64,000 bases of DNA from Ruthenibacterium sp. GTDB lineage: Bacteria; Bacillota; Clostridia; Oscillospirales; Ruminococcaceae. The notes below the pieces were generated by a model that searched no databases, was not told the origin of the DNA, and was given only the letters and a program-made list of their open reading frames with translations. Positions 1 through 9,672 of this stretch are shown one piece after another (the first letter of the stretch is position 1; every line of letters begins with the position of its first letter). The position numbers were made by a program, and so were the translations under genes. The stretch is taken from the NCBI GenBank assembly GCA_047030735.1, contig JBKYIE010000003.1, positions 123,693 to 187,692 of the forward strand. Reading direction: 5' to 3'.

Positions 1-3
1 GGC

Positions 4-1869
4 GTGCTGCGCCGGCTGATGCGCCTGCTGTTTGAATTTTACCCCGTGCTTCTGCCGGTGGCGCTGGTGTGCATCCTGTTCAACGCCGTCGTCAGCTCAA
101 TGCCTGCCGTGTTCATGCAGAATATCATTGCCATTGTGGACAGCACCTACAAATCGGGTGACTGGGCGTCGGTGTCCGCCCGCATTTTGGGGCTGGTGGG
201 CGTTCTTGTGGTGATGTATGTGCTCAGCCTGATTGCCGGCTTCACCTACACGCAGCTAATGGCAATCATCACCCAGGGCTCGCTGAAAAAGCTGCGCGAG
301 AAGATGTTCAGCCATATGCAGGACCTGCCCATCCGATATTTTGATACCAACGGCCACGGCGATATCATGAGCTATTATACCAACGACGTGGACACCCTGC
401 GCCAGATGATAAGCCAAAGCCTGCCGCAGATGCTCATTTCCGGCATCACGCTGCTGTCGGTGTTCTGCATCATGATGTATTACAGCGTGATTTTGGGCCT
501 GGTTGTGGTGGCCGGCGTCATATGCATGTTTTTTGCAGCGCGCTATATCACAAGCCATTCGTCCAAGTATTTTCTGCGCCAGCAGGTCACCATTGCCAAG
601 GCCGAGGCCTTTATGGAGGAGATGATGACCGGGCAGAAGGTCATCAAGGTGTTCTGCCATGAGGACGCCGCCCGTGCGGACTTCGACAAGGTGAACGGAG
701 AGATCTTTTTCAATGCCCGCAACGGCAACCGCTTTGCCAACATCCTGATGCCGCTGCTGGGCAATGTGGGCAACGTCATGTATGTGGTGGTGGCTCTGGT
801 GGGCGGCGCGCTGATGCTGGCGGGTGCGCCCAATCTCAGCATTTCCGGCATGGCCTTCAGCATCAGCATCGTGGTGCCGTTCCTGAATATGACAAAGCAG
901 TTTGCGGGCGCCATCGGGCAGGTGTCCAACCAGGTGAACATGGTTATCATGGGCCTGGCGGGCGCACACCGTATTCTGGCGCTGCTGGATGAGCAGGAGG
1001 AGACGGACGAGGGCTATGTGACGCTGGTGAACGCGCATGAAGGTGCGGACGGCAGCCTGACGGAGTGTGCCGAGCGCACCAATGTCTGGGCCTGGAAGCA
1101 CCCGCACCATGACGGCACTGTAACGTATACCCGCCTGCAGGGCGACGTGCGCTTTTTTGACGTCGATTTCGGCTATACGCCGGAGAAGATGGTGCTGCAC
1201 GATGTCTCGCTGTATGCAAAGCCCGGCCAGAAGGTGGCGTTTGTGGGCTCTACGGGCGCGGGCAAAACCACCATCACCAACCTCATCAACCGCTTTTATG
1301 ACATTGAGGATGGAAAAATCCGCTACGACGGCATCAACATCAATAAGATACGAAAGGCCGATTTGCGGCGCAGCCTCGGCATTGTTCTGCAGGATACGAA
1401 CCTCTTCACCGGTACGGTGATGGAGAATATCCGCTACGGCAACCTAGACGCCTGCGACGATGAATGCATTGCGGCGGCCAAGCTGGCCGGCGCGCACGAC
1501 TTTATCACACGCCTGCCGCAGGGCTATCAGACACCGCTTTCGGGCAACGGCGCAAACCTTTCGCAGGGGCAGCGCCAGCTGCTTGCCATTGCGCGCGCCG
1601 CTGTGGCAGACCCGCCTGTGATGATTTTGGATGAAGCGACCTCCAGCATCGACACGCGCACAGAGGCCATTGTGCAGCGCGGCATGGACGCCCTGATGAC
1701 GGGGCGCACCGTGTTCGTCATTGCACACCGCCTGTCCACCGTGAAAAATTCGAACGCCATCATGGTGCTGGACCATGGGCGCATTATTGAGCGCGGCACG
1801 CACGAAGAGCTGCTGGCCCTGAAGGGCACCTATTACCAGCTTTACACCGGCGCGCTGGAGCTTGACTGA
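4..1869 (+). CDS. ABC exporter, fused permease/ATPase (MdlB-like half transporter); 5' end may lie upstream of the window
   Basis: N-terminal TM helices; Walker A GSTGAGKT, signature LSQGQRQ, Walker B MILDEATS, H-loop IAHRLST. Confidence 0.93.
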   Translation: MLRRLMRLLFEFYPVLLPVALVCILFNAVVSSMPAVFMQNIIAIVDSTYKSGDWASVSARILGLVGVLVVMYVLSLIAGFTYTQLMAIITQGSLKKLREKMFSHMQDLPIRYFDTNGHGDIMSYYTNDVDTLRQMISQSLPQMLISGITLLSVFCIMMYYSVILGLVVVAGVICMFFAARYITSHSSKYFLRQQVTIAKAEAFMEEMMTGQKVIKVFCHEDAARADFDKVNGEIFFNARNGNRFANILMPLLGNVGNVMYVVVALVGGALMLAGAPNLSISGMAFSISIVVPFLNMTKQFAGAIGQVSNQVNMVIMGLAGAHRILALLDEQEETDEGYVTLVNAHEGADGSLTECAERTNVWAWKHPHHDGTVTYTRLQGDVRFFDVDFGYTPEKMVLHDVSLYAKPGQKVAFVGSTGAGKTTITNLINRFYDIEDGKIRYDGININKIRKADLRRSLGIVLQDTNLFTGTVMENIRYGNLDACDDECIAAAKLAGAHDFITRLPQGYQTPLSGNGANLSQGQRQLLAIARAAVADPPVMILDEATSSIDTRTEAIVQRGMDALMTGRTVFVIAHRLSTVKNSNAIMVLDHGRIIERGTHEELLALKGTYYQLYTGALELD

Positions 1870-1980
1870 CGCGCTGCGCAAAGCCGCGCTGTTATGCAAG
1901 GGTGTGCCGCCGGGCCCCGCATGGGGCCCGGCGGCGCTTTTGCCTGTCCGGCACAGCGTGCATTTTCAGGCGGCGGGGGC

Positions 1981-2009
1981 TTGCACATCGTGCCACATTC
2001 TGCTAAGAT
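1981..2009 (+). promoter_or_regulatory. Putative sigma-A promoter
   Basis: TTGCAC-17 nt-TAAGAT with extended TG. Confidence 0.55.
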
Positions 2010-2227
2010 AAAAAAGGGAAGACCTGCGTGCCCGGCACGGGGCCTTCCGCCCGCACAGCGCGGGCGGCACGGAGACGGGGCCACCCGGACGGGGTGGCTA
2101 TTCTTTTGAACATAAAATACACCAAAAAAGTATACTTTGCCGCCTCGCGTATGTGCGCGGGGCGGCCGGGAAACACTTTCCGCAGGAGGGGGCTGTTTGC
2201 CCCGCGGCGGAGGAGAGGGAGATTCAA

Positions 2228-2959
2228 ATGCTGCAACTGGAACATCTGGCCTGGCGCCTGCCGGGCGGGGAAAGCATCCTGAAAGGGGTGGACGTGCATG
2301 TGCCCAAGGGCAAGCTGGTGGTGGTGACGGGCCCCAACGGCGGCGGCAAAACTTCGCTGGCCAAGCTGGTGGCCGGGCTGGAAACGCCCACCTCCGGGCG
2401 CATTCTGTTTGACGGAGAGGATATCACCGGCCTCGACATCACCCGGCGCGCGCAGAAGGGCATCGCCTATGCCTTTCAGCAGCCGGTGCGCTTCAAGGGC
2501 CTGACGGTGCGCGATTTGCTGGAGATGGCAGCGGGCAAGCCGCTGGAGGAATGCGAGGTCTGCGCGCTGGTGGGCAAGGTTGGCCTGTGCGCCAGCGAGT
2601 ATATAGACCGCGAGGTGGACGCCAGCCTTTCCGGCGGCGAGGCCAAGCGCATTGAAATAGCCACTGTGCTGGCGCGCGGCGCGAAGCTGTCCATTTTCGA
2701 CGAGCCGGAAGCGGGCATTGATTTGTGGAGCTTCTCGAAGCTGGTGGAAACCTTTCAGGAGCTTCAGAAGAGCCATCAGGGCACGCTGCTCATCATCTCG
2801 CATCAGGAGCGCATTCTGTCCATCGCAGACGAAATCGTCGTCATTGCGGACGGCGTGGTGCGCGAGGCGGGCCCGCGTGAAGAAGTGATGCCCCACCTGA
2901 TGATGGGCGAGAGCATGGGCTGTATGTGCCCGCTTGGCAAGGAGGTGCGCCGCGCATGA
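2228..2959 (+). CDS. sufC: SufC-like Fe-S assembly ATPase
   Basis: GPNGGGKT, 'RAQKGIAYAFQQP', LSGGEAKRIEIA, FDEPEAGID; ATG 2228 after GGAG; overlaps the SufB/D-like gene. Confidence 0.85.
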   Translation: MLQLEHLAWRLPGGESILKGVDVHVPKGKLVVVTGPNGGGKTSLAKLVAGLETPTSGRILFDGEDITGLDITRRAQKGIAYAFQQPVRFKGLTVRDLLEMAAGKPLEECEVCALVGKVGLCASEYIDREVDASLSGGEAKRIEIATVLARGAKLSIFDEPEAGIDLWSFSKLVETFQELQKSHQGTLLIISHQERILSIADEIVVIADGVVREAGPREEVMPHLMMGESMGCMCPLGKEVRRA

Positions 2960-3873
2960 ACAGAATAACGGACGAGCTGCTGCGCCTTGTGGCGGACTTC
3001 AAGGGCGAATTTACCGGCGCCTACAATATCCGGGAGGACGGCGGCTGCGCCGGGCGCCAGTCTACCCGGAACATCAAAATAGAATCCAAGACAGACAAGC
3101 CCGGCATTGACATCCGTGTGGCCCCCGGCACAAAAGGGGAAAAGGTGTACATCCCGGCCTGCGTCACGCACAGCGGCGTGGACGACCTTGTATACAACGA
3201 TTTTTACATCGGCGAAGGCGCCGACGTGGTGGTGGTGGCCGGCTGCGGCATCCATGCCGACGGCGAAGAGGAGGCGCGCCACAACGGCATCCACCGCTTC
3301 TTTTTGGGCAGGGGCGCCCGGGTGGTGTATGAGGAAAAGCATGTGGGCACCGGCAAAAGCACGGGCAGCCGCCATATCGACCCGGTGACCGAGGCATTTC
3401 TGGAGGAGGATTCCAGCCTGACGATGGATACGGTGCAGATTTCGGGCGTGGACACCACCTATCGCAAAACCAGCGCCAGACTGGCCGCGCGCGCAAAGCT
3501 GCTGGTGCGCGAGCGCCTGATGACCGACGGCGTGGAGGCCGCCAAAACAGAGTTCACCGTGCATCTGGAGGGGGAGGATTCCGGAGCCGACCTTGTGTCC
3601 CGCTCTGTGGCCAAGGGCCGCAGCCATCAGGAGTTTGTTTCCCGCATCGTGGGCTCTGCGCGCTGCACAGGCCATTCCGAGTGCGACGCCATCCTGGCGG
3701 ACAGGGCCACTGTGGTGGCCACGCCCGCGCTGGAGGCGGCCCATCTGGACGCCTCGCTCATCCATGAGGCCGCCATCGGCAAGATAGCGGGCGAGCAGCT
3801 GATGAAGCTTCGCACGCTGGGCCTTACGGAGGAGCAGGCGGAAGAAAAGATTATTGCGGGCTTTCTGAAGTAA
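2956..3873 (+). CDS. SufB/SufD-family Fe-S scaffold protein
   Basis: C-terminal GHSECDAIL and LIHEAAIGKIAGEQLMKLRTLGL typical of the SufBD beta-helix; ATGA overlap with sufC. Confidence 0.88.
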   Translation: MNRITDELLRLVADFKGEFTGAYNIREDGGCAGRQSTRNIKIESKTDKPGIDIRVAPGTKGEKVYIPACVTHSGVDDLVYNDFYIGEGADVVVVAGCGIHADGEEEARHNGIHRFFLGRGARVVYEEKHVGTGKSTGSRHIDPVTEAFLEEDSSLTMDTVQISGVDTTYRKTSARLAARAKLLVRERLMTDGVEAAKTEFTVHLEGEDSGADLVSRSVAKGRSHQEFVSRIVGSARCTGHSECDAILADRATVVATPALEAAHLDASLIHEAAIGKIAGEQLMKLRTLGLTEEQAEEKIIAGFLK

Positions 3874-3884
3874 AAAGAGCATGG

Positions 3885-3942
3885 AAAAACCCCCGGAAGG
3901 GCACGCCGCTTTCAGGCGCGCGTGTGCCCCTCCGGGGGTTTT
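3885..3942 (+). terminator. Intrinsic terminator
   Basis: AAAAACCCCCGGA...TCCGGGGGTTTT long stem right after the stop codon. Confidence 0.7.
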
Positions 3943-4078
3943 ATTGCAGAAAACCGCCGGTTATACCAGCGGCTTGAAAAGGCGCTCTCAACAAACCGCA
4001 GATAACTTCGCAGGTAAATGAAGCATCGGTTGTCAAAATTCTGTGGGCGTGATATTTTGTCAGCAGGGAGGTGCAGAG

Positions 4079-4672
4079 ATGGACGCACATAAATTTGGGG
4101 CTTTTGTAGCCGGGCGCCGCAGGGAGAAAAATATGACGCAGGCTGATCTGGCCTCAAAAATACAGGTCACCGACAAAGCCGTTAGCCGATGGGAGCGCGG
4201 GCTGGGGTTTCCTGATATCAATATTATAGAGCCATTGGCCGATGCTTTGGAAGTCAGCGTTCTGGAGCTTATGAAATCTGAAAGAATGGCAGCGAACCAG
4301 GTTACCGGAGAGGAAGCGGCAGAGGTGATTGCAGACACTTTGAATGTAGCAAGGCTGCAGCGCAGGCGGGAACGCAGAAATGTCTTCAGAATTTTAGGCG
4401 TTACAGCCGTTGTTGTGATTTTTCTTCTGTTTATTGACAGCATGCAATGGCAGGCAGATACAATTATCTTCACCCTCGCCGGGGTCGTTTTTCCATTGTT
4501 CTGCACCGCGGGCTTTATTGCCCTGCTGTGTAACGGGGTATGGAGAAAAGCAAGAGGCAAGCCGTGCAGACAGGCTTTTGCATTATCGCTTGCGCTGCTG
4601 CTTCTCCTGATTATATTTTTTGGGCTGTTCTTTTTAATCGGTGCATTAGGGGTTGGCCCTGTCCCCAACTGA
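4079..4672 (+). CDS. XRE-family HTH regulator with C-terminal TM helices
   Basis: MTQADLASKIQVTDKAVSRWERG.GFPD; hydrophobic C-terminus; RBS GGAGGTG. Confidence 0.88.
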   Translation: MDAHKFGAFVAGRRREKNMTQADLASKIQVTDKAVSRWERGLGFPDINIIEPLADALEVSVLELMKSERMAANQVTGEEAAEVIADTLNVARLQRRRERRNVFRILGVTAVVVIFLLFIDSMQWQADTIIFTLAGVVFPLFCTAGFIALLCNGVWRKARGKPCRQAFALSLALLLLLIIFFGLFFLIGALGVGPVPN

Positions 4673-4897
4673 ACATGGCGCAGGCAGGAATATGGAAAAG
4701 ACAGCGGAATACGTTCAAAATCAGTTGAGAGAGAAGCCGCCTTACAGGCCGGAGGGCGCTGCAAGGGAGGATATAGACCCCTCTGCGGGCGGCAGGCAGC
4801 GGCCCTGTGCGAGTGCCGGGCCATTGCGCGCCGCGGCGCGCTGCCTGTATCATAGGGCTTTGCCTGCCTTCAGCCCCCGGCTTCGCCGGGGCTTTTG
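4673..4897 (+). pseudogene. Decayed 3' end of an IS200-type tnpA plus right-end hairpin
   Basis: Translates as GRNMEKTAEYVQNQLRE...EDIDPSAG, resembling the Firmicute IS200 TnpA tail (GRN..I.EYI.NQL.ED...IDPFTG); hairpin CCCCGGCTTCGCCGGGG at about 4874-4891. Confidence 0.65.
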
Positions 4898-5002
4898 TTT
4901 GCACTGTGCCGCCGCGGTGTGCTATGATGGGAAAAACAGCCCGTGCTGAAAAGGCGGGGAGGGCACGCGGCGCCGCCGCGTGCCGTAAAGGAGGAGAAGA
5001 AA

Positions 5003-5494
5003 ATGGAGTTCCGGCCCATGAGAAGAGGCAGGCAGAGCCTGACGCCTGAGCAGGCGTGGGCCCTGCTGGAAAAGGGAAGCTACGGTGTGCTGGCGGTGCA
5101 GGGCGACGGCGGCTGGCCCTATGCGGTGCCGCTGAATTATGCGTGCTGCGGCAAAAGCATTTATTTTCACTGCGCCAAAGCGGGCCATAAGCTGGACGCC
5201 CTGCGCGCACACCCGCAGGTGTGCTTTACCGTGGTGGACAAGGCGGATATTGTGAGCAGCGAGTTCACCACCTATTTCAGCAGCGTGGTGGCCTTTGGCA
5301 CAGCGCGCATTGTGGAGGAAAACGGCGCCCGGCTTGCCGCCCTGCGCGCTTTGGTAGAGAAATATTCGCCGCGCGAGCCGGAAGAGCACAAGGCCCATGA
5401 GGTAGAGAGCTGCGGCGCCTCCTGTATTGTGGCCATTGACGTGGCGCATATCACGGGCAAGCAGGCCATTGAGCTGGTGGAAAACCGGGGGTAA
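5003..5494 (+). CDS. Pyridoxamine 5'-phosphate oxidase-like / Nim-family flavin-binding protein
   Basis: MRR..Q.L, PYAVPLNY, IYFHCAKAGHK, SVVAFG, ITGKQ. Confidence 0.85.
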   Translation: MEFRPMRRGRQSLTPEQAWALLEKGSYGVLAVQGDGGWPYAVPLNYACCGKSIYFHCAKAGHKLDALRAHPQVCFTVVDKADIVSSEFTTYFSSVVAFGTARIVEENGARLAALRALVEKYSPREPEEHKAHEVESCGASCIVAIDVAHITGKQAIELVENRG

Positions 5495-5585
5495 GGCCGC
5501 CGGATGCAGGGCGGGCGCGCTTTGGCGGCGGCTTTTCAGGGAAAAACGAAAAAGGAGGGCGGCGTCTGACGATGCCGCCCTCCGC

Positions 5586-5827
5586 GTTTTAGCGCAGCGG
5601 CAACCCGCGGCTGTGCCGTGGAGAGTAAAAAGGCTTTCGCTGTCAGCTTCGAACGAAGCGGGATAGTATTCAATACCGAAAAGCTGCAGCACGCAAGGGG
5701 AAGAACCCCGTTTATGGGGGGATAAGTGATGCAGGAGACAGGATATTCAACGCCTCCTGAGAGGCTTGGCGGGCAGTATGCCCTTCCGGGGCTTACGCAA
5801 ACCCCCGGCTTTGCCGGGGGCCTGACT
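5586..5827 (+). mobile_element. Non-autonomous IS200-derived miniature element, copy A
   Basis: Reverse-complement similarity to 17950-18370 and 30724-30969; terminal hairpin CCCCCGGCTTTGCCGGGG followed by CCTGACT. Confidence 0.7.
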
Positions 5828-5886
5828 GAGGGGAAGCTGCCCCGGCCCGCCGCGCGCGGGCAGGCGGATGCGTGCGCCGTGCGGCC

Positions 5887-6486
5887 TCACCGGCGGGTCT
5901 TCCACCAAAACCACGCGTTGGCAGCGGCATATACAAGCAGAAAGCCGCCCAGCGTCAGAACGCCGAAGCTGGCGTAGGGGCGCGGGTATCCATGCAGCAG
6001 CGCCGTCACCAGAAGGCTGGCGGGCACAAAGGTGCAAAGTGCGAAATCTGCGCGCCACAGCCGGCGGTGCCCCGGCGCTTTTTCAAGCAGGCCCGCCGCA
6101 TACTGCAAAATAAGCCCAAGCGCCTGCACAGCCATGCCGACGGCAATATCTGTGGCAAGCTGCCGCTCGTACCAGGCCGCACAGATGTATACAAGGCCCA
6201 GCGCCACTAGCGCCGCCCCGGCGGCAGGCAGCAGGCGGCGCGCCGCACCGGCCGCCGGGGCCTGCTGCTGCGGGCTGGGACTGCCCTGTAAAAGCAGGTC
6301 GGCCGAGACGCCGAACACCCTGCACAACGCCAGCGCCTTGTCCAGCTCCGGCAGGCTTTCGTCCAGCTCCCATTTCGAGACGGCCTGCCGCGATACGCCA
6401 AGGCGCTCGGCAAGCTGCTCCTGCGAGATGCCCATGCGCCTGCGGTGCGCCTGAATGCGCGCGCCCAGTGTTTTGTTATCCTCCAT
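5887..6486 (-). CDS. XRE-family HTH regulator with C-terminal TM helices
   Basis: SQEQLAERLGVSRQAVSKWE..ESLPEL; RBS GGAGG; TM segments. Confidence 0.88.
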   Translation of the reverse strand: MEDNKTLGARIQAHRRRMGISQEQLAERLGVSRQAVSKWELDESLPELDKALALCRVFGVSADLLLQGSPSPQQQAPAAGAARRLLPAAGAALVALGLVYICAAWYERQLATDIAVGMAVQALGLILQYAAGLLEKAPGHRRLWRADFALCTFVPASLLVTALLHGYPRPYASFGVLTLGGFLLVYAAANAWFWWKTRR

Positions 6487-6645
6487 GTTTGAAAAGACCT
6501 CCCGGTGTGAAATGACGGCTGCGGCCCCGGCCCGGTGCCGCCCGCCCTCTCAGTATACCGGGGCATATGGTTGCGGGCCACAAAGCCGGGCTGGAAAATG
6601 CGCAACCTGCGGTTGCATCACGCGGCTGCGCGGGGGCAGACCGGC

Positions 6646-9600
6646 TCAAAGCGAATAGAACTGCCACTTTGGAAACCACAAAAGCAGCCTGGCATAGCCC
6701 TCCGGCACGGGCAGCCCGCTGAGCGCGGGGTAAAACATTGCGAACAGAAGCCCTGCGCACACCGCCAGCGCCAGTGCGGCGCGCCGCGCCGGGCGGGGGG
6801 CGCGGGCGTGCCAGCCTGCCCAAAGCACCGCCAGCGCCAGCACGCCGAAGGCCGCGCCGGAAAAGTAGTGGTACAGAAAGGTACAGCGGCTCACCGTCAC
6901 CCAGGGGATGATCTGGGCTGCCCACAGCACCAGCACGGCGCGCCCGGCGCGGGTGCCGCCGCCGCGCACCTGCTGCACCGCCAGCCCCGCCAAAGCGGCT
7001 GTGCCGCCCCAGAACACCAGCGGGCTGCCGAGGCAGGCGATGCTGGCGGCCATGCCCTGCGGCAGCTCGCTGCCCATATAATACCACACCGGGCGCACAT
7101 CGAAGGGCCAGGTAAACCAGCGGCTCTCAAACGGGTGCGTGGCATTCAGTGCGGAATGGTAGGCGTACATGCTTTGCTGTGCGGCCCACCAGTCTGCAAG
7201 GGTATACTGCGGCGTGCCCAGCCCCAGCGGAAGATAGCTGGCCAGATAAATGGCAAGCGGCAGCAGGACGAACAGCGCCGCGCCGCCCGCCAGTGCGCGC
7301 ACCCACAGCCCGCGCAACGCGCCCCCGGCGCCCGGCCGGCCGCCAAGGGCTTTTGCCCTGGCCCCAAGCGCCCAGAAATACAGCGCGGCCAGCCCGGCGC
7401 CGGCAAAAATACCCGTCCACTTCACTGCCGCCCCGCAGCCGAAGGCCGCGCCTGAGGCCGCAAGGCAGGCCCATCCGCGTCGGGTAAAGCCCGCGCGCGC
7501 AAGCTCGCCGCAGAAGCCCAGCATGCCCAGTGCGGAAGCCAGAATAAAAAATACGGCGTAGGTGTCGACGGTGCCGATGCGGCTTTGCGCAAAGCGCATG
7601 AAATCAAAGCCCCAAAGAACGGCGGCCAGCGCGGCCGCGCGGCGGCTGCGGCACAGCGCGCGCGCCAGAAGATAAAGCTCCGGCGCCAGCAGCACGCCGA
7701 ACAGCGCGCCCATGCAGCGCCAGCCAAACGGCGTCATGCCGAACAAAGCCACGCCAAGCGCCATAATGTCCTTGCCAAGGGGCGGGTGGGTTGTCTCGTA
7801 AACAGGCAGGCCGTGCACGGTTTCGTATGCGGTGCGCGCGTGGTATATCTCGTCAAAATACATCGAGTTCTCATAGCCCGGCCGCGCGGGCACAAGGCCC
7901 TGCTCGTCGAACAGGGCGGCCCCGGTGCTGCTGTGCACCGGCAGGGCTGTGCCGCCGGCGCCGGTGAAGGCCAGCTCGAACACCTGCGCGCCGGTTACCG
8001 TCACCGTGTACGGCCCCGTGCCGGAAAGCGCATGCCGCGCCCAGGCAAAGCACCCGCCGGGCGTAAGCTGGGCCAGCAGTACTTCTCGGCCGCGGGCGTC
8101 CTGCACGCGCAGCTGCCCGCCCGCCTGGGAAATGCCCGGATATATCATCAGGCTTTCCGGCTCGCCGTCCACCGTGGCCGTCAGGGTAACGGCGGCGCTC
8201 TGCGCGTCCACAAAGGTCTGCGGGGCGGCGGCACTGCCAAGGCGCGCAAAAGATACCGCGCCCAGCGCAAGCGTGCCGGCAAACAGCAGGGCCAGCTCGC
8301 GCCTTGACCAGCGCAGGGGCTTTTGCGGCATCCCCTCCTGTTTTTTGCGCGCGGCCCGGCGCGCAAGAAATACCCGCACCCCCACCGCAGGGGCAAAATT
8401 TTGCAGATGCGCGGCCTGCAGGGGCTCGTCCTGCCAGGGCCAAAGGCTCAGGCGTGCGGCCAGCCACAAAAGCGCACATACGCACAGTAGCACGGCAAGG
8501 GCCGTGGCGCGCAGGGCAAAGGCGGGCAGCCCCTCCAGCAGAAAAAGGTCCTGCGAGGTGCTGGCATTCACCACCAGCAGCATGTTCAGCCAGGCCGCTG
8601 TGCCCAGCGTGCAGCCAATGGCCAGAAGCTGGCGGTTTGCGCGCACAGCGGCTGCCGCCAGCGTGAGGAACACCGCCATCAGCAGGTAACGCTCGTGCAT
8701 GCGGTGGGCAAAGCAGAAAATACCCGCCGCATAAGCCGCGGCCAGCAGCAGGGGGCACAGCCGCCCCGCCCTTGCCGCGCGAAAGGCAAGCACGCACAGC
8801 CCCGCTGTGAGCAGGGCAATGTGCAGCACGCCCCATTGCGCATAAGTGAAAAACAGCATGCGGTTTTCCTGCGGGGCCCAGTTGGCGCCCAGCAGGGAAA
8901 ACCAGTTTGCCGCGCTGAGGCTGGCGTAGGGGTAGCTTTGCGCGGTGGAAAAATATTTTTCCCACAGCCCCGCAAGCAGCCCGGAAAAGCCGAAGAAAGG
9001 CAGGCCGCACACAAGTGCGGGCACAAGGGCGGCCGCCCCGGCGCCTGCGGCCCGGAAAAGCGCGGCGCGGCGCCGCGGGTGGAACCATGCGTGCGCCAGC
9101 ACGCACACAGCCAGCACAGGCCCCAGAATAAGTGCCTGCGGCTTCAGGGCCAGCGCCGCGCCCCAGCAAAGGGCCGCCGCAAGGGTGCGCCGCTTTTCCA
9201 GCGCGGCAAAGCAGGCTGCCAGAAAAAACAGATACACCATATCCATCTGCTTCCACACGCCTGTCACATACAAAAGCGCAGGGCTGGCCCCGGCGGCAGC
9301 GCCCAGCAAAAAGCCGCGCGCACGGCCGGGCCCGGCAAGGCGGTAGCACAGGGCGGCCAGCCCTGTCCCGGCCAGGATGCCGGGCGCCGCCAGCAGGCAG
9401 CGCGCAAACGCGCTGGTATGGCTCAGCTGCAAAAGCTGCGCCAGCTTGCCCAGCGGCCACAAAAGAAGGATGCCGCCGGGCGGGTAATCGGCAAAATAGC
9501 CCTCTGCATAAAAGCCGGAAAACCCCTGCTCTGCCGCGCGCAGGGCCCAGGCCCAGAAGGTGTTGTAATCGGCCTCATAGCCGGCAGTGGCCCCGGCCAG

Positions 9601-9672
9601 CACAAGCTGGGCCAGCGCGCAGGCCCCCATGGCCAGCCAGAACCAGCGTGCCCATGCGTGTTTTTCCGCCAT
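6646..9672 (-). CDS. Multi-TM GT-C glycosyltransferase: N-terminal GT-C domain fused to a protein O-mannosyltransferase (PMT)-like domain
   Basis: N-half DYPPG, KPQA, MHERY; C-half YFDEIYHARTAYE, ETTHPPLGK, AVKWTG, HPFES.W..WP...RPVWYY, FLYHY. Confidence 0.85.
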   Translation of the reverse strand: MAEKHAWARWFWLAMGACALAQLVLAGATAGYEADYNTFWAWALRAAEQGFSGFYAEGYFADYPPGGILLLWPLGKLAQLLQLSHTSAFARCLLAAPGILAGTGLAALCYRLAGPGRARGFLLGAAAGASPALLYVTGVWKQMDMVYLFFLAACFAALEKRRTLAAALCWGAALALKPQALILGPVLAVCVLAHAWFHPRRRAALFRAAGAGAAALVPALVCGLPFFGFSGLLAGLWEKYFSTAQSYPYASLSAANWFSLLGANWAPQENRMLFFTYAQWGVLHIALLTAGLCVLAFRAARAGRLCPLLLAAAYAAGIFCFAHRMHERYLLMAVFLTLAAAAVRANRQLLAIGCTLGTAAWLNMLLVVNASTSQDLFLLEGLPAFALRATALAVLLCVCALLWLAARLSLWPWQDEPLQAAHLQNFAPAVGVRVFLARRAARKKQEGMPQKPLRWSRRELALLFAGTLALGAVSFARLGSAAAPQTFVDAQSAAVTLTATVDGEPESLMIYPGISQAGGQLRVQDARGREVLLAQLTPGGCFAWARHALSGTGPYTVTVTGAQVFELAFTGAGGTALPVHSSTGAALFDEQGLVPARPGYENSMYFDEIYHARTAYETVHGLPVYETTHPPLGKDIMALGVALFGMTPFGWRCMGALFGVLLAPELYLLARALCRSRRAAALAAVLWGFDFMRFAQSRIGTVDTYAVFFILASALGMLGFCGELARAGFTRRGWACLAASGAAFGCGAAVKWTGIFAGAGLAALYFWALGARAKALGGRPGAGGALRGLWVRALAGGAALFVLLPLAIYLASYLPLGLGTPQYTLADWWAAQQSMYAYHSALNATHPFESRWFTWPFDVRPVWYYMGSELPQGMAASIACLGSPLVFWGGTAALAGLAVQQVRGGGTRAGRAVLVLWAAQIIPWVTVSRCTFLYHYFSGAAFGVLALAVLWAGWHARAPRPARRAALALAVCAGLLFAMFYPALSGLPVPEGYARLLLWFPKWQFYSL

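Noticed and set aside
2014..2030. GAAGACCTGC resembling the 3' end of a cobalamin riboswitch
   Set aside because: No upstream GGGAA/GCCACTG elements; it lies only a few nt after the predicted start site
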